This document shows positions 53,278 to 64,000 of a DNA stretch of 64,000 nucleotides, piece by piece. This DNA is from Balanoglossus misakiensis (taxonomy: Eukaryota > Animalia > Hemichordata). The stretch covers positions 11,858,985 through 11,922,984 of the forward strand of contig CM082594.2 of NCBI GenBank assembly GCA_040954595.2, written 5' to 3'. A program made the translations under genes and the position numbers. Within the stretch, counting starts at the first letter, position 1; the number at the start of each line of letters is the position of its first letter. The notes beneath the pieces are model-generated. The model saw only the letters and a list, made by a program, of their open reading frames with translations, searched no databases and was not told the origin of the DNA.

Positions 53278-55982
53278 ATGACTACAAATGAGCTCCCGGA
53301 AGGACCATTCAGCCTGCCTTTCTTGGGAAATCTGCTGCAACTAGGCGATGACCCTCACCGCAAACTGCGAAATATGAGCAGAAAATACGGTATGTAAAAG
53401 AAGCCTGAATTTACTTTCCAGATAATACTCTCCTCGAATCCTCGGCTCGAGAGTGATAAGAAAACAGTTCGCTATTTATTTATAAATTCCACTTTTCACA
53501 TTTTGCACGCTAATATAAATTTCACGTCACGACTTGTTTGCCTGGGATGAAAGCATTGGATGACGCTCATTGTGTTTTTGCAGTCATTTCGCGTCACTCA
53601 ACGGGAAAACTATAAATATATACTTATTCACATATACGACTGACTGCGAAAAAATACTAGTAATTTGATAACAACAATATGGGAACAACGTTTGCTTGGT
53701 CAAACACCACACACACACACACCACGGGAATAAACTGTGCCATCAAATTGCGCAAATGGTAAATTCATGTTCAGGAAATGTACTATGTTCCCAAACGGCC
53801 CATTTCTCTTGAATTAGGTCATGTAACCTTTGTCTCGAAAGTTCAGTACATATAACAGTTTTCAAACAATGTATTCTGTTAGCAATCCTCTAGAGCAAAC
53901 ACACATCACTAGAAACATCTCAAACACTGAATGCACTTAATTTGGGTGTAAATTCTATCCACAGGTAAAATTTTGAGCGTCAAGCTGGGGGACAGACAAG
54001 CGGTGGTTTTGAACTCAATGGAACTTCTCAGAGAGGCGATGGTGCAGAAGGGACAGGATTTCAATGGGAGGGCGCCATTAAAGCTTTACGAAGAGCTGGT
54101 GTCAAGAAGTAATAAGGGATTGCGATTGGCAGAGGAACCGTACTGGCGAATCAGTAGAAAGATTTCTGACTCGGCGTTGAAGATGGTCGGACATGAAAAA
54201 TGGGAGAAGATAATTGAAGACGAAGCCAAAACTTTAATTGGTAAGACTTCTCGTATAGTGTTTCCGAGAAAACTTGTATAGGAGACATAAAAAGCCGAAA
54301 ATTGCCGTCGCTTCTCGTTACATCAGATCTCAGTGATCTGACCAAACGCACCATGTCACGTGCCATCGCACCACACCACACCATACCACAACACACCGCA
54401 TCACATGATAAACTAAAAGAAAATAAACTTTTGTGTACTTCTCTTTGCATGAAAATAATAAATTAATATTTTCTTGTCACAATCACATAATGCATATTCA
54501 TATTAAATTCGACATATTTCAGCGACGTTGAAGGAAATAGAAGATCGTCGATTTGACCCAGGACCAGATTTGGACTTCGCTGTCAGTAACGTCATGTGTA
54601 CCGCCCTCTTTAGTACAAAATACAAGAGAGATGACAAAGAATTCCTTATGTTATATCAAAACCAAAGAGTCATTAATGATAATATATGGAAGAGTTCACC
54701 CCAAGGTAGATTAAAAATTAACTAATTTTTATCGGTGCAACCCTCAAATGTAAACCGTTCCCGAATTTGAATAAAAGGATATAAAGTACCGGGATGAGTG
54801 TGGCCACGAATAGTGTAATACTCTTACGGTTCACGTGATTTGGGTGTGGTCATGTTAATGCGCTAACAGAGGAGCCCACTGTAACATGCACATGTAAAGG
54901 CAGTTTGACAGAACATCTTTATTACATTCTTGATTATTATCATCATCGTGCGTCACAATTACCTCAGATTATTCTTATCATTGTGTTCTTCTTTTGTCAT
55001 ATGTATCTTCTTTTTTTCAGATTACTTTTCGTTCATAAAGCATTTGCCTGACTCGGATAAAACCACAGATTTTCGTCTGGCCGTCGCAGCGCGGGACGCC
55101 TTCTTCCACAGAAAACTGATGGAGCACAAATCAACGTTCCAGCACGACAGGATCCGTGACGTCACAGATGCGCTCATCAAGGCGAGAATGGAAGTGCAAG
55201 CCGAGACCCCGGACATTACCATCGGCGATGAGTACCTGGAAGTTCTCATTTGGGATCTGTTTGATGGAGGTGAGATAAAAATATCCCGAGATTGTCATAA
55301 AATGTTCTAGTCAGACATTATTAGCCTACGTTACGAAACTACCACCGACCGTTTTCTTGACGCCCAATGATGACATTTTATTTTTTCATTTTTTTCAGCT
55401 TGTGCAACTACGGCTGCAGTTATCAAGTGGCTTCTAGTGTACCTCTTGAATTTCAGTCACGTTCAAGACAAAGTACACCAGGAGCTACAGAGTGTATTGG
55501 GTGATGACCCAGTCACCGTAGCCGATAGAGTGAGACTGCCGTACCTCCAAGCGACCGTCCTGGAGACTCTACGCCTGTCCCCACCCATGCCTCTCACCGT
55601 ACCGCACAGAGCTACTCTGACCAGCAAAATCAGTAACTACAACATCCCAAAAGACACGGTTATAGTCTGCAACTTATGGGCCATGCAGAGGGACCCGGAT
55701 GTGTTCCTGGATGCCGAAGTCTTCACACCGGATCGCTTCATCGATCCCGACACTAACCATCTATATCCCCTGAGCTCCATGAACTTTCAACCCTTCGGTG
55801 CCGGGCCACGTCGCTGTCCCGGCGAATCGTTCGCCATGATGCAACTCTTCTTGTTCACGGCATACTTGCTGCATCAGTTCGACGTTGAACTTGCCCCGGG
55901 CGGCGTCATGCCCGCAACAACAGGTGAACTTCAGAAGGTGCTTCAACCAGAACCGTTTCAGATAGTGCTACATAGTCGCTAA
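53278..55982 (+). CDS. Cytochrome P450, clan 2 (CYP1/CYP2/CYP17-like), 5 coding exons; the start may extend into an unseen upstream exon
   Basis: Exons 53264(ATG 53278)-53389 (LPEGPFSLPFLGNLLQL..KYG hinge), 53965-54240 (WRISR C-helix), 54523-54705, 55021-55269, 55399-55982. All introns are GT-AG, phase 1. K-helix ETLR, PDRF and heme motif FGAGPRRCPG. Confidence 0.92.
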
Positions 55983-56159
55983 TATTGCCTATCATTCTTT
56001 TGTATTTTTGATAATTTAAATTCAATCAACGAATTTTACATGTTTTAAATGATAAACTCATCAGAGTTATCATTTATTCTAAAATCAAGCACATATTGTA
56101 TATATGTTTTAAAAGCGCATTTTCACGAATGTCTGGGCGTAGTCAACAGGAAGCATGTA

Positions 56160-56227
56160 AGCCTGGTGGACCTTGCCAAGTCTTTTTAACGCATGCGCGT
56201 AACAAAAAGACCGGGCGAAACGAGGCT
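56160..56227. mobile_element. Small palindromic AGCCT...AGGCT element (MITE-like)
   Basis: agcct/aggct termini with inner arms gtcttttt/aaaaagac around acgcatgcgcgt. Confidence 0.5.
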
Positions 56228-57737
56228 GTAAGTAGTGCAACCAGTAAAGTGCTATATTTATTAGTGGTATAGCTACACAATTGTATCATGTGACCTTTCC
56301 ATAAATATCACAAACCGCGCAGCACGCAGTCATCCATATAAATTATTCTGGGTAAATAGCGTTGCAATATGTTAATTTTAATTATAGCTTTGTTATTAGT
56401 TTTTGTAAATGAGGGTAAATTATGAAAATTATTCCCATATCGTCTCAGAAACAAGATGACTGCCAATTTTACCAGGGATGACCCTGCTTGACGAAAAAAC
56501 GAAAAGGTCAGAGGTCAGTCTTAATAACCAGTGAAGACACTTTCACACAAACACGTTGTTCCCGCTTGTATATTTGAAATGTCGCAAATGTCGTATTAAT
56601 TTAAATTTCTATAGCTTGCGTATGTGGTCACTTTATGAAGAATGATATGGGAAAAAATATAGTCACATAAACATTGGTCTTATGGTGATCACCTGATTGT
56701 ATATTGACCCCATTTTTACAACAATATCGATTGATGATCGTAAATATATAAGTAACTATTCCCAGAGAAATCCGTTTCCTCTTCTGTATATGTATGAAAT
56801 ATATTAGTGTACATATAAATGAGATTAATGTTATTTAATTTTTCCAATGACTTTACCAGGGGTTTAGAAAAATACCAAGTTGACCAAAGGAGGATAAGAT
56901 GTGTAGCGTAAGAATTCCATGTTATAGTCGACATCTTTCAAAATTGCATTCTTTATAAGATTGTATCATCTTTGGAGTTGAAAAGGTCACGCTGGCATCC
57001 GTCTGTCTAATCAGAAAATATCTTTGGGGGCGCGTGACTGAGTCGAGGAAATACCGTGCGAACAAATGTTCACCAACAAAAACAATGTTTTAAGCAATTA
57101 TTATATAAATATAGTTGTAAGTGCTGCTTTGGAAAAAAATGTATATTATAAAGTAATATATTTTGTGCGATTTTTGAATATATTCCGATATGATGATGAC
57201 TAACCATGGAGTACTGTAAATGATACTTTAGCATTCACTTATAATAGTAATAAAATCTTGCTGGTTAAAACTTGAGCCTTGTTGGTTGTGCATCGCGTTT
57301 CCAGTATCGCCCTCTACGCGTTGGCCAGTAGCCTGATCTGATATCCAGGGATTCGCAATCATTGAGTTGATACATGTGAAAACTAATAATGTGTACAATG
57401 CAAACGTCACCGCTTTCTCTCAATTATATGCTGCGATTATTTCTGTACATTTGGGGGAGCTAGACAAATATTAATTTTCTTGTACAAATATATCGCCAGC
57501 GTTGCGCAACACAAGGTGACGTCCGAGCAGGTTTCACTTTGAACTGCAAACTTACGAAACAACACTAATCATGCTGGCGATATTATGACTGGATGAAGAC
57601 ATGTAGACATTACACAATATTGCATATACATTACTTTTATTGGCTCTATTTATTTGTTTGAAGAATTCTAGGTAAATGGTCTTTTTTCTGTGCGCTGATC
57701 ATCTGTCGATGCAGCCCGGTCAGTGTGCTAATCCAAG

Positions 57738-58413
57738 ATGGTCGTCACTGTCGTTCTGTTTGCCGCACTGGCGGTCAGCCGTGTCTCTGTCGTCACGGCG
57801 GAGAATTTCACGTTGCTGTTTACGCTCTCAAACGCCTCCGCCGACCCACTGCAAATCGGGAAGGTCGGATCAGCGATGTCCATCGCCGTCGACACCATCG
57901 AGAGGGACTTCAATTTTACGCTGCAGCCCACATACAACATTGCTAAATGTTCCGACGGGCACGCAGCGGGAGAGATAATATATTTGCACTACAAATTCAA
58001 CTACCACGCGTTTTTCGGCCCTTCTTGCGTTCTGAACCAGGAAATCATGACGACAACGGGGAAATTGGCCTCTTTCTGGAATGTTCCCGTATTTTGTGAC
58101 TGGTGTACAAGTAACATCTACAGGGACAAAGACACGTACACCACCTTGATCCGAATGACAGCGACGGAAACGGCTACTGCAGCCTTCATAGCCGGCATCT
58201 GTAATATTTTCAATTTCTCCACGATTTCTATTGTGGCCCAAGACAAAGACCTTTGGCTTCCTGGGGGTTTGACACGCGATGGCTCGCAACTTGCTCTTAA
58301 CTTGTTCACGACAAGAAACAACATCAGCGTGGCCGCATTTGCAGTGATAACAGGATCTGAAAGCGAGGAAGAAGAAGTACAAATCTTAGAAAACCTCACG
58401 AAAGTATCGACAA
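57738..58413 (+). CDS. First coding exon of a natriuretic peptide receptor/membrane guanylyl cyclase-like gene (ANF-receptor ligand-binding domain); the gene continues beyond the recognisable sequence
   Basis: Signal peptide MVVTVVLFAALAVSRVSVVTA, then GSAMSIAVD, AFFGPSC, GKLASFWNVPVF and RDKDTYTTLIRM, all typical of the ANF-receptor extracellular domain. Donor ACA A|gtaagt at 58413/58414; the ORF track reads on into the intron. Confidence 0.8.
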
Positions 58414-58866
58414 GTAAGTTTGAATTCAACGATGCTAATATTTTAACTATTCATTCAGACATTGTACACGGGAACGAATATCATCTTGAATCCAATGCCC
58501 AGACACCGGTGTTGTGTCAACAAACGATGTTTGCAATGTCAGACTTTTTGCAAACACACCCGAAGTATACACCTCTTCCCTTACTGAAAAGTATCATGAT
58601 GTGTGCAGACGCTTTATGGCAATTCGTTGTTACTCTTTTGACTTGAATGTTAAATTCTTCAAATGTTTGTTTTAGTTTCCCGTTCAAATTTTAGTTCAAT
58701 GGGAATATTTTCTGCTCTTAGAAAGATTTTGTGAGGCAACAGTATCTAATTCCAGGTGATTACAGTGAGTGAGTACGTTTCCCATTGTATTTGTCCAATG
58801 ACGTTTTTATCCACCCCAGTCCAATGACGTTTGTGACGTGATGGAGGTGAAAGGTCACGTGCCGTG

Positions 58867-59317
58867 TGTTACGATAGAACTTCTGAAGTGACCAGGCGGA
58901 TAGGTTGACAGTCTTTTGTTAAGCAGTTAATTTAATTATGTGACCAGGTGGACCAATCAATTATTCAAATTACGGCCATTTATAAGCTCGTGGACTGCCA
59001 CGTCAGTGGTCGCCTATCATTGTTGATCAGTGTGAGTCACGTCGTTCAATTCGGTGCTCTGTGTGGATCCAGCTTCGTTGAACTTTATTGCGTGTGGGCT
59101 CCAGTAAAGTGTTTGGGACTGTGGATTGACAGTCTGCCTACTGCTGCGGATGTTCCTGGAAGTTCCGTCATTGTGGTGTTCCGGTGAGTGCGTTCCCGTG
59201 AACTTTAATACTAGTAAGTCCTGCGGATACGAAATTCCGTGCCGTTGCAGTTACCTAGTACCTGGCGGAACCTGTACTTTGGAGTACTATACGTAGCTAT
59301 TCTCCGTAGACGTAACA
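58867..59317 (+). mobile_element. Solo LTR (451 bp), probably Gypsy-type
   Basis: TG...CA termini with 7-bp inverted repeats TGTTACG (58867) and CGTAACA (59311-59317). Identical 4-bp flanks CGTG at 58863-58866 and 59318-59321. Internal TATAA (~58981) and AGTAAA (~59103). Confidence 0.8.
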
Positions 59318-62300
59318 CGTGAAACAGTTCAATTCCTCTCTTTCTCCTCTTATTACTCCAAATGCAAACAGAGAAATGTTAGATCTCTTTGTAAAGTACT
59401 CAATATCTCGCGCGGGCTAAACGGCTTTAAGGTTGTCACATATTGCGACTAAATATTAAAATTGGAAGAAATGATTTTCGAAAAGTCAAAGACAGAGCCT
59501 GCCTTCCTAGCTTGGCATTTTTTTCTACACGTCGTACACAATGTTCTTTCTGCCACGAGATTTTCGAGACAGCGTACGGAACCACGACCCGTCAGGAACC
59601 TTTTGACCCTCATGTGACTAAAGCTCAGTGTTGATGTGTAGATTTTGCAATAGATAATGACAAACTGCACGTGTTTATCCCAAAATCCACCTGTGAAACT
59701 GTTAGACAAAGTAACCAGGTGACAAAAACACATTTTCAGCGCCCCCAAGAGCGAGAGGCGAAAACGACTTTCCAGATTGCTTACGGGGGCGCTGTTCTTC
59801 TCGCGACAGAGAAAAACTGAACTTGACTTTGCTGGGTCTTGAACTTTTCTAAAAGATATTGCAAGGTGTACATAGTAACACTTATGAGTGTTAATACCAC
59901 GAGATTGTCATTCAGAATTACGATATTTTACCATAGTCTACTATTATGTATGGAAACTGATTGGACTCGAAGCCGCAACATCTGACTATACCGTCTAGCT
60001 AACGATTAATCTTGACCAGCTGTCCATGGCGAGCATACAACTCGGTAAAATAGAAGACCACCTGAAAATCATTTCTCGTTTTTCTTTTCCCTGTTTTTTT
60101 CCAACATGCTTGACAACACTGAATTTCTCTTGAACAGAACTTTCGGAAGTTTCACCCCTCATCAAGCACCGCGCAAATTTCCCATCACCATTTCAGGTGT
60201 CGAAAAGTAATGAAGGTCCCCAGCATTGTAAGGGCATCAGTCCGGCAGTGACGTAAGCCAAATGTCCTGCTAAAGGATTAGATATGACGACATTCTAGAA
60301 GTTTCTTGGACTGATGAGTTCTTCTGTCGAAAAGACTTACAGACCGGAAACATTCACAATCACTGGACTATGCTTTCTTTGTGCAATTCAATAAGTCCCT
60401 ACACGAATTGACTGATAACGCTAAATAGCAGTAAAGATCGCACTAATGCGGCCTCATGTTATTTCATTACGAAGATTGAAAATCGGCCTTTTTGCAGATG
60501 TTAACCTTTTCTCAAGAGTCTGTCTATCAGACTTCGTTCAGTTCCGGTACATTGTCCCTGGTTCAATTTCAGTAATGAGTTCGAGAAAGATATTACCTTC
60601 CCATTTTAACGACCCGGATTTCTCCATCTCGTCAAAGGCATATACGCTGTTCGGTTGCTTGTTGGTATCTTTTTATTTATTTTTTTTATATTTTGGAGGT
60701 TGTCAGACTTGGTAATTTGGTAAAGTCCTAAGTGAACAGTTTCATTATTCTGTTTCCCTTGTTTGGCGGGCACGCCTGATGCTTCTTACACTGTGATTTG
60801 AAAAGAAACGCGTGGGTGTGAAACGGTAAACACCACTCACAGAAATCACACGGCGTGGAGAAGAAAACTAGACTGCATGATGGAATCGTCTATTTTTGCT
60901 AAAATCTTCCATCTGGACATAACTTAACGTCTGAGAGGTGAATTAAGAATGAGATAATTATAAACATGCTTGACGGGGTCCCTTGGCAGTAAGACGACTG
61001 ACAGAAATTCATAAACTGGAGAATACGCGGTCAAATATACAAATGCTAAGCACACAAAGTGTTCCCCAAGGTGATTTTATGAAATAAAAGAAATCGACTG
61101 TGCTCCGGATAAGAGCACATAAAAGTCACTTAAGCACATTTAATAGAGGAAAAAAGAAGTAAGGGTGACGACAGGCACAGTTTGATGGTGATCGCTAAAA
61201 TCAGTAAAATTTCACATGCACGTTGGGGAAAGGGGCGGAAGGTGCGAAACCTCAATTACCTGCACACTCCACTTAACTCTGTTTCATTCAATCCGTCAAA
61301 AGTACAACTGGCCATACCCACCAGTGCGAGTGGCTAGCTACAGACTGGAATCTCCGCTGGGACACAGAGGGGAAATTGCTGACGATACTTTCATCATAAC
61401 TTCATGCGCTTAGAGAGAGCTCCAAGCTTGAGTGTACAGACATCGAAAATATTGGCGGTGCATGTCATAGCATTTCCGTACACAAGCTGTCACGCTTGTC
61501 TTTGTCAGAGATCCAGAGGTCGACCAATAGCAAGGAGGTCAACCAGTCAGTCATATATACAAAGACTTCTTTTATGAGAATAATTCTCACCGTGTTCGTC
61601 AACTCATTTGCGCTCAACGACCAGTTCAGCTTCCGTCCCTGCTGTAGGCTTGACAATTGACCCATTGACCCCAGCAAATGTGAAATAATCGATTCGAAAT
61701 GGAATGAATTAAGCTTATTGACACCGGTCCTGTTTGGGAAAGCAAGGCTATATCGACGGGGCAGTTGACTACTATATCTCATTTTCTTTATTTACAATCT
61801 TGCTTTCTTTTGAGTCATAGACCCAGACCCATATTTATAAGCCTGTAGTAAGAGGAAAGTTATAATTTGCTGAAACGGATTATCAGTGCATCTTTACTGG
61901 GAAGTCGTGTTATTCTCTTGAGTTTTCTTTCTGCGCATGCCCCATTTGCTCTGTTCCAATCCAGCGGGCGAGCTGATTGTCACGATTCCGGTACATGACG
62001 TCAGCACGTCTTCGAGCGAAGGAAATGATGAGTGGATCAATTACTGTGTGATATTTTGGATAGTTTCCAAAGATAATAGTTCACAAACGGTTATATGCAG
62101 CCGATCGCATAGAAAAGAAAATTTGCCTCGATTGCTCAACAGAACTGTGAAAACCACACAGAATGGAGCCATGACATTAAGTAAATTTAAGCTTCACGCG
62201 AAGGTGGTTGTACAACCTGAAAGAGTTAAAATGTAAACAGTTCACTTGATGCAGGATTTTGTGTTGGCAAAGAATTGACATGGCATGAAGAAGCAGCGAG

Positions 62301-64000
62301 ACTCGTCAATAACCAAGTCACGAAATCACAACCGTTTCTCAGCAAAGAAACATACTTTCTGATCTGCCGCCATTGCGGGTTGAGAAATGACAACCGTACA
62401 TTTTGCTGATAGACGATGAATTGTATTCAGTCACACGGAATCAAATTATTATTGACAGGACGGTCCATCATCCAAACACTCTTAATTAAATTCACCCAGT
62501 CAAGGCCATAATTTCTGACATATACATTTGTATACATTTGGTGTACTACATTTCAGTGACATAAGTTGGTTTCACCTCTTTATCTAATTTTAAAAAAGGT
62601 GACCTCATTTTGTAGTTATCCTACATGTTCCTGTTCGAGACATTTAAAGCAAGTGTTTGGTACAAACGAGTTACTACTCTTCGTTAATATCCGTTTGCTT
62701 TATATATCGAAAAAAACTACATGCTTTTTAAAGCATACCTGGATATAAAGATAGCATCGGTATTAACTGCACAACTCAAAAGGGTAAAGTGTAACTGTTC
62801 TCTGAGGCTTGCGACGTTTTGACCTGCATATCATGTTTTATAGATATCTCATAGTTTGTCTGCTGTAGACCTAAGGGCGAATTGTTTATCATATTCTGAA
62901 CACTATAGGCCTCTTCGTCTTCGGTTCAAAACGGCATACTTGTGAAGTTTCCCGTGGTGGCCTCGTAAATGTGAATTGAAACAAGACTTTTCAATTTGTT
63001 TTGAGAAGCACGATAAAATGATTTTTAGAGTTACATTTGTATACTCTTACGATACAAGCTGAGAGTGCTCAGCCGCGTGAAAACTTCTCCGTAACACTCC
63101 ATAGAGAAAGAGTCACCAATGAACTATAATATTAATCTGCAATCATTTAAAGCAGCTTCCTCTTCTTACAAGATTAGTGCCTCTTTTACACGCCTTCCGC
63201 TCTCAGTCTCACGGATTGTTTACCTCTTCGCTCCGCTTGGCCGTCTTATTTTCAAAAGTGCGGTCCAAGTGTGCCATCATTTACTATTTCATTGAACATG
63301 TACATGTACTGAAGTCAATCAGATAAGGAAGGCAAGTGGATATGAAACCAGGAGTTCTAGCGGCGCGTATTAATATGCAACCTTGGCTCAGAATCACTTA
63401 GGCACCTACAAGAAAGTGAGCCATGTCCACATATTCACCTAATTCATCCATACCCAGAGGCTAAAAGATACCTCATTCCATACATTAGACACTCGATCGC
63501 CACACCCAACTACCTCATATTTTCACTGTGCTATACATTTGTCCACACACCCAATCAGCAACGGAGTCTTTGCGCAATAGACCAGTCCGCAGTTTTTCGC
63601 GCATGGACAGAAATCAAAACTGAATACATGTGCCTGCCTATGTTTAATCACCCTATCAGTTTACCTGACAGTGCGGGATAAGATTGACGTAGCTTACACC
63701 AGCATGGGTGAAATCCAGCACTGAGCTGTTTCTTAAAATTCAGGCCAGGAATTGAATACATACCATAAAACAAGCACGCTCTCTGCGTAGAACTATGTAA
63801 TTTATCACACACCTCACACATTGCGGTATCCAGGCGCTATAGAATAAATTTATAGCTACCGTCTCCGAAAACCTGAGACGTTATGGATTTTTTTCTCCCT
63901 TCACTAAAGTCTATTTAAAGTAACAACACGAGATTTCTCCACAAATTGGCAGTTAGAGCAATGACGCAGGTACTGGAATGAAATCAACATCGATGCAAAA

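Noticed and set aside
58414-58646. C-terminal part of the 302-aa ORF
   Set aside because: It follows a consensus A|gtaagt donor and loses receptor-like character, so it is treated as intron read-through.
61800-62060. Minus-strand peptide (QLARWIG...RLPS) faintly like a P2X7 C-terminal/nanor domain
   Set aside because: It needs frameshifts, lacks the Cys motifs and matches too few residues.
1-64000. CRISPR arrays, rRNA/tRNA genes and prokaryotic operon structure
   Set aside because: None was seen. The sequence is eukaryotic with spliceosomal introns, and the DLH genes carry introns, so they are not bacterial contamination.

Overview
AT-rich, intron-containing animal genomic DNA (an invertebrate, possibly a marine deuterostome such as a hemichordate; the taxon is inferred, not provable here). 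From left to right: (1) a rhodopsin-class neuropeptide-type GPCR with an intronless CDS (10941-12041, +); (2) a tandem array of five dienelactone hydrolase (DLH/CMBL-family) genes (22978-37001, +). Each has a short signal-anchor exon joined by a phase-1 intron to one intronless catalytic exon, and the nucleophile residue runs Cys/Ser/Asp/Glu/Cys across the copies; (3) a complete 14-coding-exon ADAM10/kuzbanian gene (41170-48775, -) containing a U12 AT-AC minor-spliceosome intron (42530-42754); (4) a 5-exon clan-2 cytochrome P450 (53278-55982, +) with an atypical I-helix and no visible N-terminal membrane anchor; (5) the first coding exon of a natriuretic-peptide-receptor/membrane guanylyl cyclase-like gene (57738-58413, +), with a solo LTR downstream in its probable first intron. 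Microsatellites, hairpin MITE-like elements and possible decayed retroelement fragments lie between these. The best candidate for an undescribed system is the membrane-anchored, ecto/lumenal DLH array with systematically exchanged catalytic triads. All gene models were built by hand from splice signals and reading-frame continuity, with no database search.
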